IMG/VR virus record: IMGVR_UViG_3300045988_094716 | Location: 47,865-111,864 of that record | Strand: one strand, 5' to 3' | Length of the DNA stretch: 64,000 nucleotides | Source of the DNA: a virus | Shown: positions 9,583 through 17,805 of the stretch, one piece after another | Layout: the number at the start of each line of letters is the position of its first letter | Position numbering within the stretch: position 1 is the first letter of the stretch | The notes under the pieces: generated by a model | Databases searched by the model: none | Told to the model about the DNA's origin: nothing | The model's input: the letters and a program-made list of their open reading frames with translations, nothing else | Program-made: the position numbers and the translations under genes

Positions 9583-10401
9583 ATGAGCGCAGTTGTTGAA
9601 AGAAAAGAAGAACAGATACCTAAATTGATTTATTTTAATCCGAAACCTTCTGTTCCGGCTAAAAAACGTGGTGTTACAAAAAGTAAGCAGAAGCGTAAGC
9701 GTAATATTTCTCCAATTAGAAGCTTGGATGATGTTCAAATGATTTCTGAATACTTCTGGGATAAAAAGCAATATCGCAATTGGTGTCTATTTAATGTCGG
9801 TATTGCAACTGGGTTGCGTGCTAGTGACTTGCTTAAATTGAAAGTTTCTGATATGTCTTACTGTCTTTATAATGGAAAAATTGAGGTGGTTGAGGACGCA
9901 GGAACTTGCATCGTCGAAGAAAAGACTTCTAAATATCGTGAAATCATTCTTACTCCAGAAGCGAGGGACATCGTTGAAACATACATCAAAATTGCGAAAC
10001 TTGGATATGATGATTGGATGTTTCCATCTCGACAGGGGAGCTGGAAAAAGTCTTTGAGAACAAATGGTGGATATGGGAAAACCGGTATTCTTCATATCGC
10101 AGAACCCAAAAATGCCGGTGATCCTATTGATGTTGATCATTTTGCTCGTATTCTTCGTAACGTTGGTAAAGATTTAGGTCTTAATTATAAAATTGCATCT
10201 CATTCTTGCCGCAAAACGTTTGGTTATCGTGAAATGTGTCTTAATAAGGATGATAATCAGGCATTGTCTTGGATTCAGGGTCAGTTGAATCATAGTAGTC
10301 AGGACATTACATTACGGTACGTTGGTTTTGATGAGGATAAGGCAAAAGAATATTATAAGAAGACTTTTTATGGTGTGAATACACACAGCTTGGAAGACTG
10401 A
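9583..10401 (+). CDS. tyrosine-type site-specific recombinase (short, about 272 aa)
   Basis: GLRASDLLKL (Arg box), HSCRKTF...LNHSSQDITLRYV (HxxR ... Y) catalytic motifs. Confidence 0.7.
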   Translation: MSAVVERKEEQIPKLIYFNPKPSVPAKKRGVTKSKQKRKRNISPIRSLDDVQMISEYFWDKKQYRNWCLFNVGIATGLRASDLLKLKVSDMSYCLYNGKIEVVEDAGTCIVEEKTSKYREIILTPEARDIVETYIKIAKLGYDDWMFPSRQGSWKKSLRTNGGYGKTGILHIAEPKNAGDPIDVDHFARILRNVGKDLGLNYKIASHSCRKTFGYREMCLNKDDNQALSWIQGQLNHSSQDITLRYVGFDEDKAKEYYKKTFYGVNTHSLED

Positions 10402-10409
10402 GGTGTGTG

Positions 10410-11084
10410 ATGGCTGATACTTATATTAAAATCTGGGATACTTACGAGAGCTACTTTGAACCCCTTAGTGCTGCTGAGGTGGGGCGTCTGGTACTGGCGA
10501 TGATGAAATATAAATCGTCTGGAACGGATCCTGAACTCAACGGAAATGAGCGGTATGTGTGGCCTGCTGTAAAGAGAGATTTGGATAAAGATGCCGAATA
10601 CATCGAAGGTAAGAGAATTTCTGGTAAAGCTGGTGGCTCATCAAGCAAGCGTAAGCAAAACGAAGCAAACGCAAGCAAAACAAAGCTAGAAAAAGAAAAA
10701 GAGAAAGAAAAAAATAAGATATCGTCTTCGTCTTGTGATGAGACGACAACGACGAAATCCATCGAGGATGTATTTCGAGAGGATATTGGGAAGCTCGGTG
10801 TTGCAGGGAAGAAGGCTTTAGCAGAATATGTTGAGCGCATGGGCAATGAACTTGTGCTTGCTGTGATTGGAAAGTGTTCTGATCTCGGCGGTAGTACATG
10901 GGCTTATGTGCGAAAAGCTCTGGATGAAGCAGAATCTCTTGGTTGCAAGACTGTTGATGACTATCGCCGGGCTTGTCCGATAGGGAGTGGTCGCAACACA
11001 AAAGTGACTAGGGAGATGCCTAGCGGTGGTGATTGGCTGAAGAACGCGACGCATAGACGTCCGCTGATAAAGAAAGACGCTTAA
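10410..11084 (+). CDS. DnaD-domain / replisome organizer-like protein
   Basis: C-terminal LAEYVERMGNELVLAVIGK...STWAYVRKALDEAESLG resembles DnaD C-domain; KEKEKEKEK low-complexity linker. Confidence 0.45.
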   Translation: MADTYIKIWDTYESYFEPLSAAEVGRLVLAMMKYKSSGTDPELNGNERYVWPAVKRDLDKDAEYIEGKRISGKAGGSSSKRKQNEANASKTKLEKEKEKEKNKISSSSCDETTTTKSIEDVFREDIGKLGVAGKKALAEYVERMGNELVLAVIGKCSDLGGSTWAYVRKALDEAESLGCKTVDDYRRACPIGSGRNTKVTREMPSGGDWLKNATHRRPLIKKDA

Positions 11085-11107
11085 AAGTAATATTTTAGGA
11101 GGAGCTT

Positions 11108-11299
11108 ATGGGTAATTGGTACAAAGTATCAGGCCAATATGATGACGGTTGTAAGGTGTATAAGAAAGACTATATCGTCTTTGCAGAGTCCAGCTCTGAT
11201 GCAGAACAAAAGATTTTTCACTTGAAATTGCCGTATGATTGTTCTTTTTTTCCTTGTACGGTAACTCAGTTGATTAAAAATATTATTTATGAATTTTAA
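11108..11299 (+). CDS. hypothetical protein (63 aa)
   Basis: ORF with AGGAGG RBS. Confidence 0.45.
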   Translation: MGNWYKVSGQYDDGCKVYKKDYIVFAESSSDAEQKIFHLKLPYDCSFFPCTVTQLIKNIIYEF

Positions 11300-11328
11300 T
11301 AAAAGAGTGATTTTAGGAGATTCAAATT

Positions 11329-11730
11329 ATGGGATTGTTACTCGGTTTGGGTTTACTTGGCGCAGCATTTGGAATTGATGCAGTAAAGCAAGCACCGTTT
11401 GATAAGGCGTATCGCCGTCTGGAAAACGAATGGGGGACTTGTACATCGGAAGAGAGTAAGCGATGTGATGCTCTGAAGTATGCTGTGCAGAATGGTTTAT
11501 GTTTCGAGGATGAAAAGAAGCCTGTGATTGAGTGGCAGAAGCTGAGAGATCTTCAGTGGAAGTATCAGCTGGCTGGTATCTCTTGGCCGAGAGAATCTGC
11601 GATTCGAGATGTATGCCGGTTGGCAGCTCGTGACCGTGGATTTGAGTATAAAGGGTATCTGCGAAATACATTGACATTTGGTTACATCACTGATCCGAAA
11701 AATATTTGCAAACTTGGCATCGTAGATTGA
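11329..11730 (+). CDS. hypothetical protein (133 aa)
   Basis: ORF with AGGAG RBS. Confidence 0.5.
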   Translation: MGLLLGLGLLGAAFGIDAVKQAPFDKAYRRLENEWGTCTSEESKRCDALKYAVQNGLCFEDEKKPVIEWQKLRDLQWKYQLAGISWPRESAIRDVCRLAARDRGFEYKGYLRNTLTFGYITDPKNICKLGIVD

Positions 11731-11744
11731 GAGGAGATTTGAAA

Positions 11745-12050
11745 ATGAATAACGTTCGTAGAAGAGATATTAAGCAGACCATTGACCGTTTTGATTCCAT
11801 CCGTAAGAGGCTGGATGAGCTTGTGTCTGAGGTCGAAAGTGTAAGATCCGATGTTGAGTATATCCAGTGGGAAGAAGAAGAGTATCGTGATAACATGCCG
11901 GAGAATCTGCAGGGGAGTGAGCGGTATGACAAGGCAGACGAGGCTTGTACAAAACTGTCCGATGCTATGGATGCTCTAGATGATATGATTAGTGCTCTGG
12001 ATTTTGACTTTGGTGATGTGACCACATCTCTGGAGGAAGCGATGGAATGA
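11745..12050 (+). CDS. hypothetical acidic protein (101 aa)
   Basis: ATG after GAGGAG RBS. Confidence 0.5.
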   Translation: MNNVRRRDIKQTIDRFDSIRKRLDELVSEVESVRSDVEYIQWEEEEYRDNMPENLQGSERYDKADEACTKLSDAMDALDDMISALDFDFGDVTTSLEEAME

Positions 12051-12235
12051 TTAATACAACAAACCCATTGAGAAGAAATGCATGGGCTGTGTTCTTGTAT
12101 AGAGGCAGGCAAGTTTGTTCGTATCTTTTGCGTAATAGTAATCTTGGAGACAAGGAACGCATGGTAGAACTGCTGGCACGAAGGTACATGACAGAGCCTG
12201 AGAATATTGTTGTAGATATTGAATTTAGAGATTAA
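12047..12235 (+). CDS. hypothetical protein (62 aa)
   Basis: ORF with overlapping stop/start. Confidence 0.45.
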   Translation: MINTTNPLRRNAWAVFLYRGRQVCSYLLRNSNLGDKERMVELLARRYMTEPENIVVDIEFRD

Positions 12236-12336
12236 GGTGATAGAGAATGACCGCATTTGTAATGTTTGCTTTCGATGTGGCACTGATAATAGCAGTGAAT
12301 AATAGTCCGTTTGCATTTTGATTGAGAGGTGTGAAT

Positions 12337-12525
12337 ATGAGTATGTTGCAAGAAGAGTATAATTTGACGGATGAAGAACTTAAACAGTTGCTTTATGATA
12401 TTCGACATCCGAATATGGAAGCTGCTATATGTCGTGAAAAGATGTACAAAACATATTTATCGAATGTAGATATTGAATATGATGGTGAATCAGAAGTGGT
12501 TGATTTTAAAGACTTAGATATTTGA
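12337..12525 (+). CDS. hypothetical protein (62 aa)
   Basis: ATG after GAGAGGTG RBS. Confidence 0.45.
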   Translation: MSMLQEEYNLTDEELKQLLYDIRHPNMEAAICREKMYKTYLSNVDIEYDGESEVVDFKDLDI

Positions 12526-12539
12526 CTGGAGGTGCAAAT

Positions 12540-12797
12540 ATGAATATTTTGAGCTTTAATGGAAATGAAAATCCAAAAGGGAGAGATGGCGATGTCGTTG
12601 TCAAGTTAAGTTATCAGGAACTGTTTAAGTTAAATAATATTTTGTATCACGCTCAAAAAGGCGGTGAGATAAAGGACGTAGTGGACTTTAATATTCGAAG
12701 GAATTTTTACATGGCGCTTAATTTGGTTCAACATGGTAGTCTGGATTCTATTTCGTTAGAAATTATGTTAAAACTTTACGAAAACAATAAAACCTAA
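12540..12797 (+). CDS. hypothetical protein (85 aa)
   Basis: ATG after GGAGGTG RBS. Confidence 0.45.
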   Translation: MNILSFNGNENPKGRDGDVVVKLSYQELFKLNNILYHAQKGGEIKDVVDFNIRRNFYMALNLVQHGSLDSISLEIMLKLYENNKT

Positions 12798-12815
12798 ATT
12801 CTGTGGAGGGAGGAG

Positions 12816-13067
12816 ATGGACATGAGCAGTAAGAAAGAAAAAGAACTGTGGGCTGGTGTTATGAGAATTGTCAGCTGGTTAGATAATAATTGGCGCTGGA
12901 TTCATACCAATGATTTTGAAAATGAAGAAAAGGCGATGGACGCAGTAGAAGTGTACCATACGGTCTTAAATACTATCGAGATGCTTGGTGGTGATTGGCA
13001 GCGTGACGAGAATGGTAGGCATAATGTGTTTATCGTTGGAGTTGGCGGGAAAGCGGAATCGGAATAA
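12816..13067 (+). CDS. hypothetical protein (83 aa)
   Basis: ORF with GGAGGGAGG RBS. Confidence 0.5.
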   Translation: MDMSSKKEKELWAGVMRIVSWLDNNWRWIHTNDFENEEKAMDAVEVYHTVLNTIEMLGGDWQRDENGRHNVFIVGVGGKAESE

Positions 13068-13172
13068 AATCCGGGTTCTTATGAAATTACTGAAAAAAGC
13101 TTGACGATAACTGGTTATGCTGTTATGCTTTGCATAACCACAGAATGCGCAAGCATGGAATGAGGTGGACTT

Positions 13173-13472
13173 ATGAATTTACAAGGACTTGAAAATAAAA
13201 AATGGGACTTTAATAAACAAGAGGAACTAGCTATCTCTTGGCTATTAAAACATGGCTTTGAGGTGAAATTGAAAAAACAGTATACATCAAAGGATATTTA
13301 TACGGTAACAAAAGATGGTATTTTAGATGAATTTATCTTTCCGAATAACCAGAAGAACATGAACGTTCAGGCTTTTATGGAAAGATATGAGATAAATTTT
13401 GAAACAAAGAAAGAACTCATAAAATTAAGAGCAGAGGCATCGGCTAATGGTTTGATTAAAGAACGTAGTTGA
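13173..13472 (+). CDS. hypothetical protein (99 aa)
   Basis: ORF with GAGGTGG RBS; preceded by promoter-like TTGACG and inverted repeat. Confidence 0.5.
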   Translation: MNLQGLENKKWDFNKQEELAISWLLKHGFEVKLKKQYTSKDIYTVTKDGILDEFIFPNNQKNMNVQAFMERYEINFETKKELIKLRAEASANGLIKERS

Positions 13473-13503
13473 TGTGATAAAAGTTAAGTTCTAGGAGGAT
13501 TCT

Positions 13504-13719
13504 ATGAAATTCTATGTAATTAAAACCACAAAAAATGGTATTGAGTACAAAAAATATAAATGTATAGATGGATGGACAAAAGATAAAACGGCAAGTTGGC
13601 AATTTTCAAAACAAGGAGCGGAAAGGATCGCTAAAAGATTAAATGATTCTGTAAAAGGACACGAGCATGAAATTCATTATAATGTGTTAGCTGCTAAAAA
13701 TGATTTGGATAACTTTTGA
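13504..13719 (+). CDS. hypothetical protein (71 aa)
   Basis: ORF with AGGAGG RBS. Confidence 0.5.
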   Translation: MKFYVIKTTKNGIEYKKYKCIDGWTKDKTASWQFSKQGAERIAKRLNDSVKGHEHEIHYNVLAAKNDLDNF

Positions 13720-13766
13720 GTGAAAAGGTATGTCTAATAAATGCTGAGATTTAGGGAGACATAGTT

Positions 13767-13991
13767 ATGAGTGAATTAAAGCCGTGTCCTTTTTGTGGTG
13801 GAGAAGTTACCGTTGCAGAGGGCAGTTATCGCCAAACACGATGGATGTATGTTACGAGAGGAAACAAAGAAAATAAGTGCAACTGCCATGTTTTCATGGA
13901 AAGCAAAACTTACTACTTTGATTCCTCTGAAAAAGACAAGGAAAGAATCAAAGCCGACCTTATCGAAGCGTGGAATAAGCGAGTCGAATAA
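13767..13991 (+). CDS. Lar-family restriction alleviation-like zinc-finger protein
   Basis: MSELKPCPFCGG...C.C...AWNKR matches the Lar family signature as I remember it. Confidence 0.5.
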   Translation: MSELKPCPFCGGEVTVAEGSYRQTRWMYVTRGNKENKCNCHVFMESKTYYFDSSEKDKERIKADLIEAWNKRVE

Positions 13992-14019
13992 AAACTAAGA
14001 TCTAATGGAGGAAAATATT

Positions 14020-14223
14020 ATGAGCGAAATAAATCATGAAAAGAACAAGCATGAAGTGACTCGACTTGACGCAATTAGAAAGATAGACATTATGGGACTT
14101 GAAAAGTTTCTTGAGAACATTCAGAAGTATCCAGATCGTTATCCAAAGAATAAATTTGAATGGATTGTATGGTTACAGGAACCAGTTGAAGATAGAGTAC
14201 ATTTTGATAATAAGGTGTTTTAA
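14020..14223 (+). CDS. hypothetical protein (67 aa)
   Basis: ATG after GGAGGAAAA RBS. Confidence 0.45.
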   Translation: MSEINHEKNKHEVTRLDAIRKIDIMGLEKFLENIQKYPDRYPKNKFEWIVWLQEPVEDRVHFDNKVF

Positions 14224-14224
14224 A

Positions 14225-14560
14225 ATGATTTATACCGTAACAATGATTGACTCGTTTAAGAACGAGCAGAATGCGAAATTCAGTTCGCCAGTGTCAAATA
14301 CTAAAGGAATTTACTGGATGCCGGATGATAGTTGGATCGCTGGATTCTTTACAGATTTAGCAGAGGCTATTCGAGTTGTTAAAGAAAACGTGACTGATAT
14401 CTTTGAACATTGTTACAACTACGCAGTCGTTGAAGGATACGAGGAAGGTCTGTATCCAAGTCCAGAATTGACGAGATGGTTTAAATATGATGCCGAGAGT
14501 GACACAGCATTCGAGATTGAACCGCCGCTGCATAATAAGGTGGCCGGATATGCTTTTTGA
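14225..14560 (+). CDS. hypothetical protein (111 aa)
   Basis: ATG directly after previous stop, in frame of ORF 14099..14560. Confidence 0.45.
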   Translation: MIYTVTMIDSFKNEQNAKFSSPVSNTKGIYWMPDDSWIAGFFTDLAEAIRVVKENVTDIFEHCYNYAVVEGYEEGLYPSPELTRWFKYDAESDTAFEIEPPLHNKVAGYAF

Positions 14561-14577
14561 AGAAGGAGAATAAGACT

Positions 14578-14733
14578 ATGAGTAGTGTACTTATTGATCG
14601 GAACGCAGCTAAGAAGGTAGAATCCATCTTCGAGCATCCTGATAAGGTCTATTCGGTGTATTTGAAGGCCGGCGGAGATGTCGTTTGGCTGCAAGGTGAA
14701 ATTGAACTGTATGAATTTTTGCGCAGCTTATAA
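14578..14733 (+). CDS. hypothetical small protein (51 aa)
   Basis: ATG after AAGGAG RBS. Confidence 0.35.
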   Translation: MSSVLIDRNAAKKVESIFEHPDKVYSVYLKAGGDVVWLQGEIELYEFLRSL

Positions 14734-14754
14734 AACCAATATTTTTGAAGGGAA

Positions 14755-15381
14755 GTGATTTTCATTAACTCTAATTTGTTAATAAATTGTGAGCAAAGTG
14801 TTGCCATTGTGTGTATAATGTGCTTGCTGGCAGGGAATCTGGTATCGAAGATCAGCCCGGTAATTCAAAATCAGAGCAATTCGTACCTTTATAATAGTAG
14901 TCCTCCGGCAGTAAGTGTTGTGCAGCAAGAGGAAAAGGAACCAGAAGTCATCGTAAAAACTGTTATCGAAACGCGTGTGGTAAACTTCAGTCAGGGAAAG
15001 CGCGAACTCACTAATGATGAGCGTGCTCTTGCGGAGCAGATCGTTGCTTGTGAAGCAGGTGCTGATAGCCTAGAAGGTCAGATGGCTGTGGCTCAATGTC
15101 TTTATGATTCTGCCGTACTTGATGGTCTAACCATCCAGCAGGTCTTTAAGAAGTATGGTTATAGTTCCTTATATAATAGGAAGGTGACGGCAGAGAACGA
15201 ATTGGCTGTGTCTATGGTGTTTGATTACGGCGCTAAAATTTCAGACAAACCAATTCAATGGTTTGTGACCCCGGCGGCAGCTTCCGGCAGTTGGCACGAG
15301 CGCGGAGCAACGTTCGCTGGACAATTTGGCGCACATAGGTTCTATTACAACGCGGAACTGGTTGTGGATGATGCCGAGTGA
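14755..15381 (+). CDS. cell wall hydrolase, SleB-like domain, N-terminal membrane anchor (start uncertain: GTG 14755 or ATG 14818)
   Basis: ALAEQIVACEAGADSLEGQMAVAQCLYDSAV resembles the Hydrolase_2/SleB core. Confidence 0.5.
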   Translation: MIFINSNLLINCEQSVAIVCIMCLLAGNLVSKISPVIQNQSNSYLYNSSPPAVSVVQQEEKEPEVIVKTVIETRVVNFSQGKRELTNDERALAEQIVACEAGADSLEGQMAVAQCLYDSAVLDGLTIQQVFKKYGYSSLYNRKVTAENELAVSMVFDYGAKISDKPIQWFVTPAAASGSWHERGATFAGQFGAHRFYYNAELVVDDAE

Positions 15382-15435
15382 ATGGCATCATCTAAAATTT
15401 TAAACTTTTACAACAACAAAAAGATGTATAATATA

Positions 15436-15463
15436 TTGACTAAAACAAAAAGATGTGTATAAT
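15436..15463 (+). promoter_or_regulatory. sigma70-like promoter TTGACT-N16-TATAAT, with a tandem duplicate of the AAAAGATGT(G)TATAATATAT -10 block just upstream
   Basis: consensus -35 and -10 hexamers; 18-20 nt direct repeat at about 15419-15436 and 15449-15468. Confidence 0.55.
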
Positions 15464-15505
15464 ATATCTTGAAAGTTGTCTAAATGAGTGGAGGGCGGTG
15501 TTTTA

Positions 15506-15832
15506 ATGCGTGAGAGAAAGGTTCTGAAGGTCATACGAGTTGATGACTTTTTAAAGTACATAAGAAAAAAGAGAGTGTGGGTTTGTTTTGTTTGCAATGG
15601 TGTAGATGTTCACATGGTCTGTAACAAAATGAACGATGTTGGAACAGAGACACATGGGATCGTTAAAGGCATTGGCTTCTTCGGAAACGAAAGTCATATT
15701 GAGCTGCGGCAAGAATGCCACGAAGCAAGGAGGATTGAGCTTAGACCGGGCGATAAAGAGAAAGCGTATGAGATGATATTCGATAACACAAGCGTGTTCG
15801 TATCAGAGAATCCCGAGTTGTACGGGCACTAA
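15506..15832 (+). CDS. hypothetical protein (109 aa), possible partner of downstream MazF-like toxin
   Basis: ATG after GGAGGGCGG RBS. Confidence 0.45.
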   Translation: MRERKVLKVIRVDDFLKYIRKKRVWVCFVCNGVDVHMVCNKMNDVGTETHGIVKGIGFFGNESHIELRQECHEARRIELRPGDKEKAYEMIFDNTSVFVSENPELYGH

Positions 15833-15851
15833 AAATATTTTCAAAAACCTC

Positions 15852-15880
15852 TTGACTTCTGAAATGGTATCCTGTATAAT
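15852..15880 (+). promoter_or_regulatory. strong sigma70-like promoter TTGACT-N17-TATAAT with GTATCCTG motif in the spacer
   Basis: perfect hexamers at consensus spacing; shares GTATCCTRTATAATATAG with the promoter at 43306. Confidence 0.65.
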
Positions 15881-15923
15881 ATAGCTATGGAACGGAGCTA
15901 CACTATTATAGAGGAGAAAAACT

Positions 15924-16343
15924 ATGGACAACAATATTGACCCAAAGGTCGGAGAGGTTTGGTTGGTCGATTTGTCCAATGCAACAGGTCATCAGCAGCG
16001 CGGTATTCGACCGTTCGTTGTGACAAGCAACAACAAGCGCAACTTCTTCAGTCCCACAATCAAAGGGAATCCGTTGTCTTCCAGAATATACAAGCGTTCT
16101 CCGGTTCATGTTCTACTCTCGAAAGAAGACTGCGATTTCCTAGAGGTTGATAGTATTGTTCTTTGTGAAGAGACTGATACACTTAACAAAGGACAGTTCA
16201 TCAAAAAGCTTGGTGTCTTGTCTGAGCGTCATATGAATATGATCGCAATGGCAAGATGCAAGGATGAACCGTTTTTACTCGCAGCATTCCTGAGCGGCGT
16301 ACAACATACCATGGAATTTCAAAATTTTGCCGCATTTGCTTGA
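15924..16343 (+). CDS. MazF/PemK-family endoribonuclease toxin-like protein (139 aa)
   Basis: GEVWLVDLSNATGHQQRGIRPFVVTSNN...SIVLCEETDTLNKGQF matches the MazF/PemK fold signature. Confidence 0.75.
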   Translation: MDNNIDPKVGEVWLVDLSNATGHQQRGIRPFVVTSNNKRNFFSPTIKGNPLSSRIYKRSPVHVLLSKEDCDFLEVDSIVLCEETDTLNKGQFIKKLGVLSERHMNMIAMARCKDEPFLLAAFLSGVQHTMEFQNFAAFA

Positions 16344-16396
16344 TTTTTTATAATGGTTAATGGTACACTACATATAATAAGAAGGAGTGTGCCACT

Positions 16397-17323
16397 ATGC
16401 TTACTGAAGAAAAGATCAAAGCTTTTGCTGAAAAGTATTCTGATAGAAGCGGTGAGTTTGTTGTATCGACGCTTAACCATGTTCTGGGTTACGAGGCTGA
16501 GCGTGGGTATGAGTTGTTTGACTTCACAAAAGATGATTTCGTAAAGATGTTTGCCAAATATAATTGGGTGAACTCGAGTCGTTCGTTTAAAAATGTGAAG
16601 TCAATAATCACAGGCTACATCAAAAGCGAAAACAAAACAAGCATGTATGATCTGGCTGACTTTTCAGAGAGCGATGTAAGCGCAGACAATATGTATGCGG
16701 ATAAATACTTTGCATCAGTTGATGAGTTTGTTGACTTCTTAAATAAGTATGAAGAGCCATATCAGATTCGTATGAACGTGATTGCTGCACTGTACTGGAT
16801 TGGCCTTACTTCTGAAGAAGTTTCTAACCTGACGATTAACGATGTCGATTTTGAATCTTGTACTGTTCTTGATAAGACAGGTGTTGATGCAAAGTTGATG
16901 GATATTATTAAGCAGTGTTATGAAATGAAACAGTATGACGCTCCCAATAAGGGAGGGTATAGGGCATTCTATGTCATGAATGGTGATTACATCATTCGTA
17001 AAACCGAGGATAGTATCGGTGCAGACAGTGACCCAAAGATGTCTGTGCATACAATTCATACCTATTTTATGCGGTTGAATAACATCCTCGAAAAAAGATA
17101 TCACTCAAAGGCTTTAGATCGAAGGCATCTAACCAGAAACGGCGAATACGTGAAGGTCTACGACTACTGTAAGAATAATCCAGAATTTAATCTTGCAGAA
17201 CTTAGTTTCGGAAATGGTAAAGACCCTCTTGCAGACATTATCGGAAGAAAGTGTAGCAAGGTTGCCTACATTAGCTTCAGACAAGGATACAAAGGTTGGG
17301 TCGAATATTTCCATAAAAATTAA
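16397..17323 (+). CDS. tyrosine-recombinase-like protein lacking the catalytic Arg (308 aa)
   Basis: VIAALYWIGLTSEEVSNLTINDVDF resembles integrase box I but has T where R is expected; no clear HxxR/Y. Confidence 0.45.
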   Translation: MLTEEKIKAFAEKYSDRSGEFVVSTLNHVLGYEAERGYELFDFTKDDFVKMFAKYNWVNSSRSFKNVKSIITGYIKSENKTSMYDLADFSESDVSADNMYADKYFASVDEFVDFLNKYEEPYQIRMNVIAALYWIGLTSEEVSNLTINDVDFESCTVLDKTGVDAKLMDIIKQCYEMKQYDAPNKGGYRAFYVMNGDYIIRKTEDSIGADSDPKMSVHTIHTYFMRLNNILEKRYHSKALDRRHLTRNGEYVKVYDYCKNNPEFNLAELSFGNGKDPLADIIGRKCSKVAYISFRQGYKGWVEYFHKN

Positions 17324-17409
17324 AAACAGGGGGCTTCGGCTCCTTGATTTTAATACGTTAGATATATAATACAGGATACTTAAAAATAGTATTTGAATGG
17401 AGAATAACA

Positions 17410-17805
17410 ATGTCTGATTTCAAGAAATTTCGTGCACTACTGCAGGATCACTTCAATGAGATGGTGAAGGATGGCGCACCTCTGTTTATCACCAATGCAG
17501 ATGAGGATAAGCTATATGACCTCTATCTGGACAGCTTCCCGGCTGGCACGAACTCCATCTTCCGTAAGCGGCGTAAGTATGATTGCTCCTACTGCCGTCG
17601 TTTCGTAAAGAACATTGGTAAGCTGGTTTCCTTTATGGATGGTCAGATGGTTACCGTCTGGGATTTCGATACCAAGTCCGACGTTTATCAGCCGGTTGTG
17701 GATGCGCTGGCTACTTATGTGAAAACCTGTGCTGTTGTGAATCCGTATTATGTTAGCCGCAATATTGATCTCCGATGGCAAGTTCGGCACGGAGGTAAAC
17801 TATGA
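17410..17805 (+). CDS. hypothetical protein, probable N-terminal part of a frameshifted gene of about 700 aa (GC-rich)
   Basis: overlaps next ORF by 56 nt in the +1 frame; shared GC-rich codon usage. Confidence 0.45.
   Translation: MSDFKKFRALLQDHFNEMVKDGAPLFITNADEDKLYDLYLDSFPAGTNSIFRKRRKYDCSYCRRFVKNIGKLVSFMDGQMVTVWDFDTKSDVYQPVVDALATYVKTCAVVNPYYVSRNIDLRWQVRHGGKL

Noticed and set aside
10680-10720. KEKEKEKEK-encoding AAAGAAAAAGAGAAAG repeat as a tandem repeat or CRISPR-like element
   Set aside because: Short in-frame low-complexity coding repeat inside the DnaD-like gene. There is no spacer structure, and no CRISPR arrays anywhere in the window.
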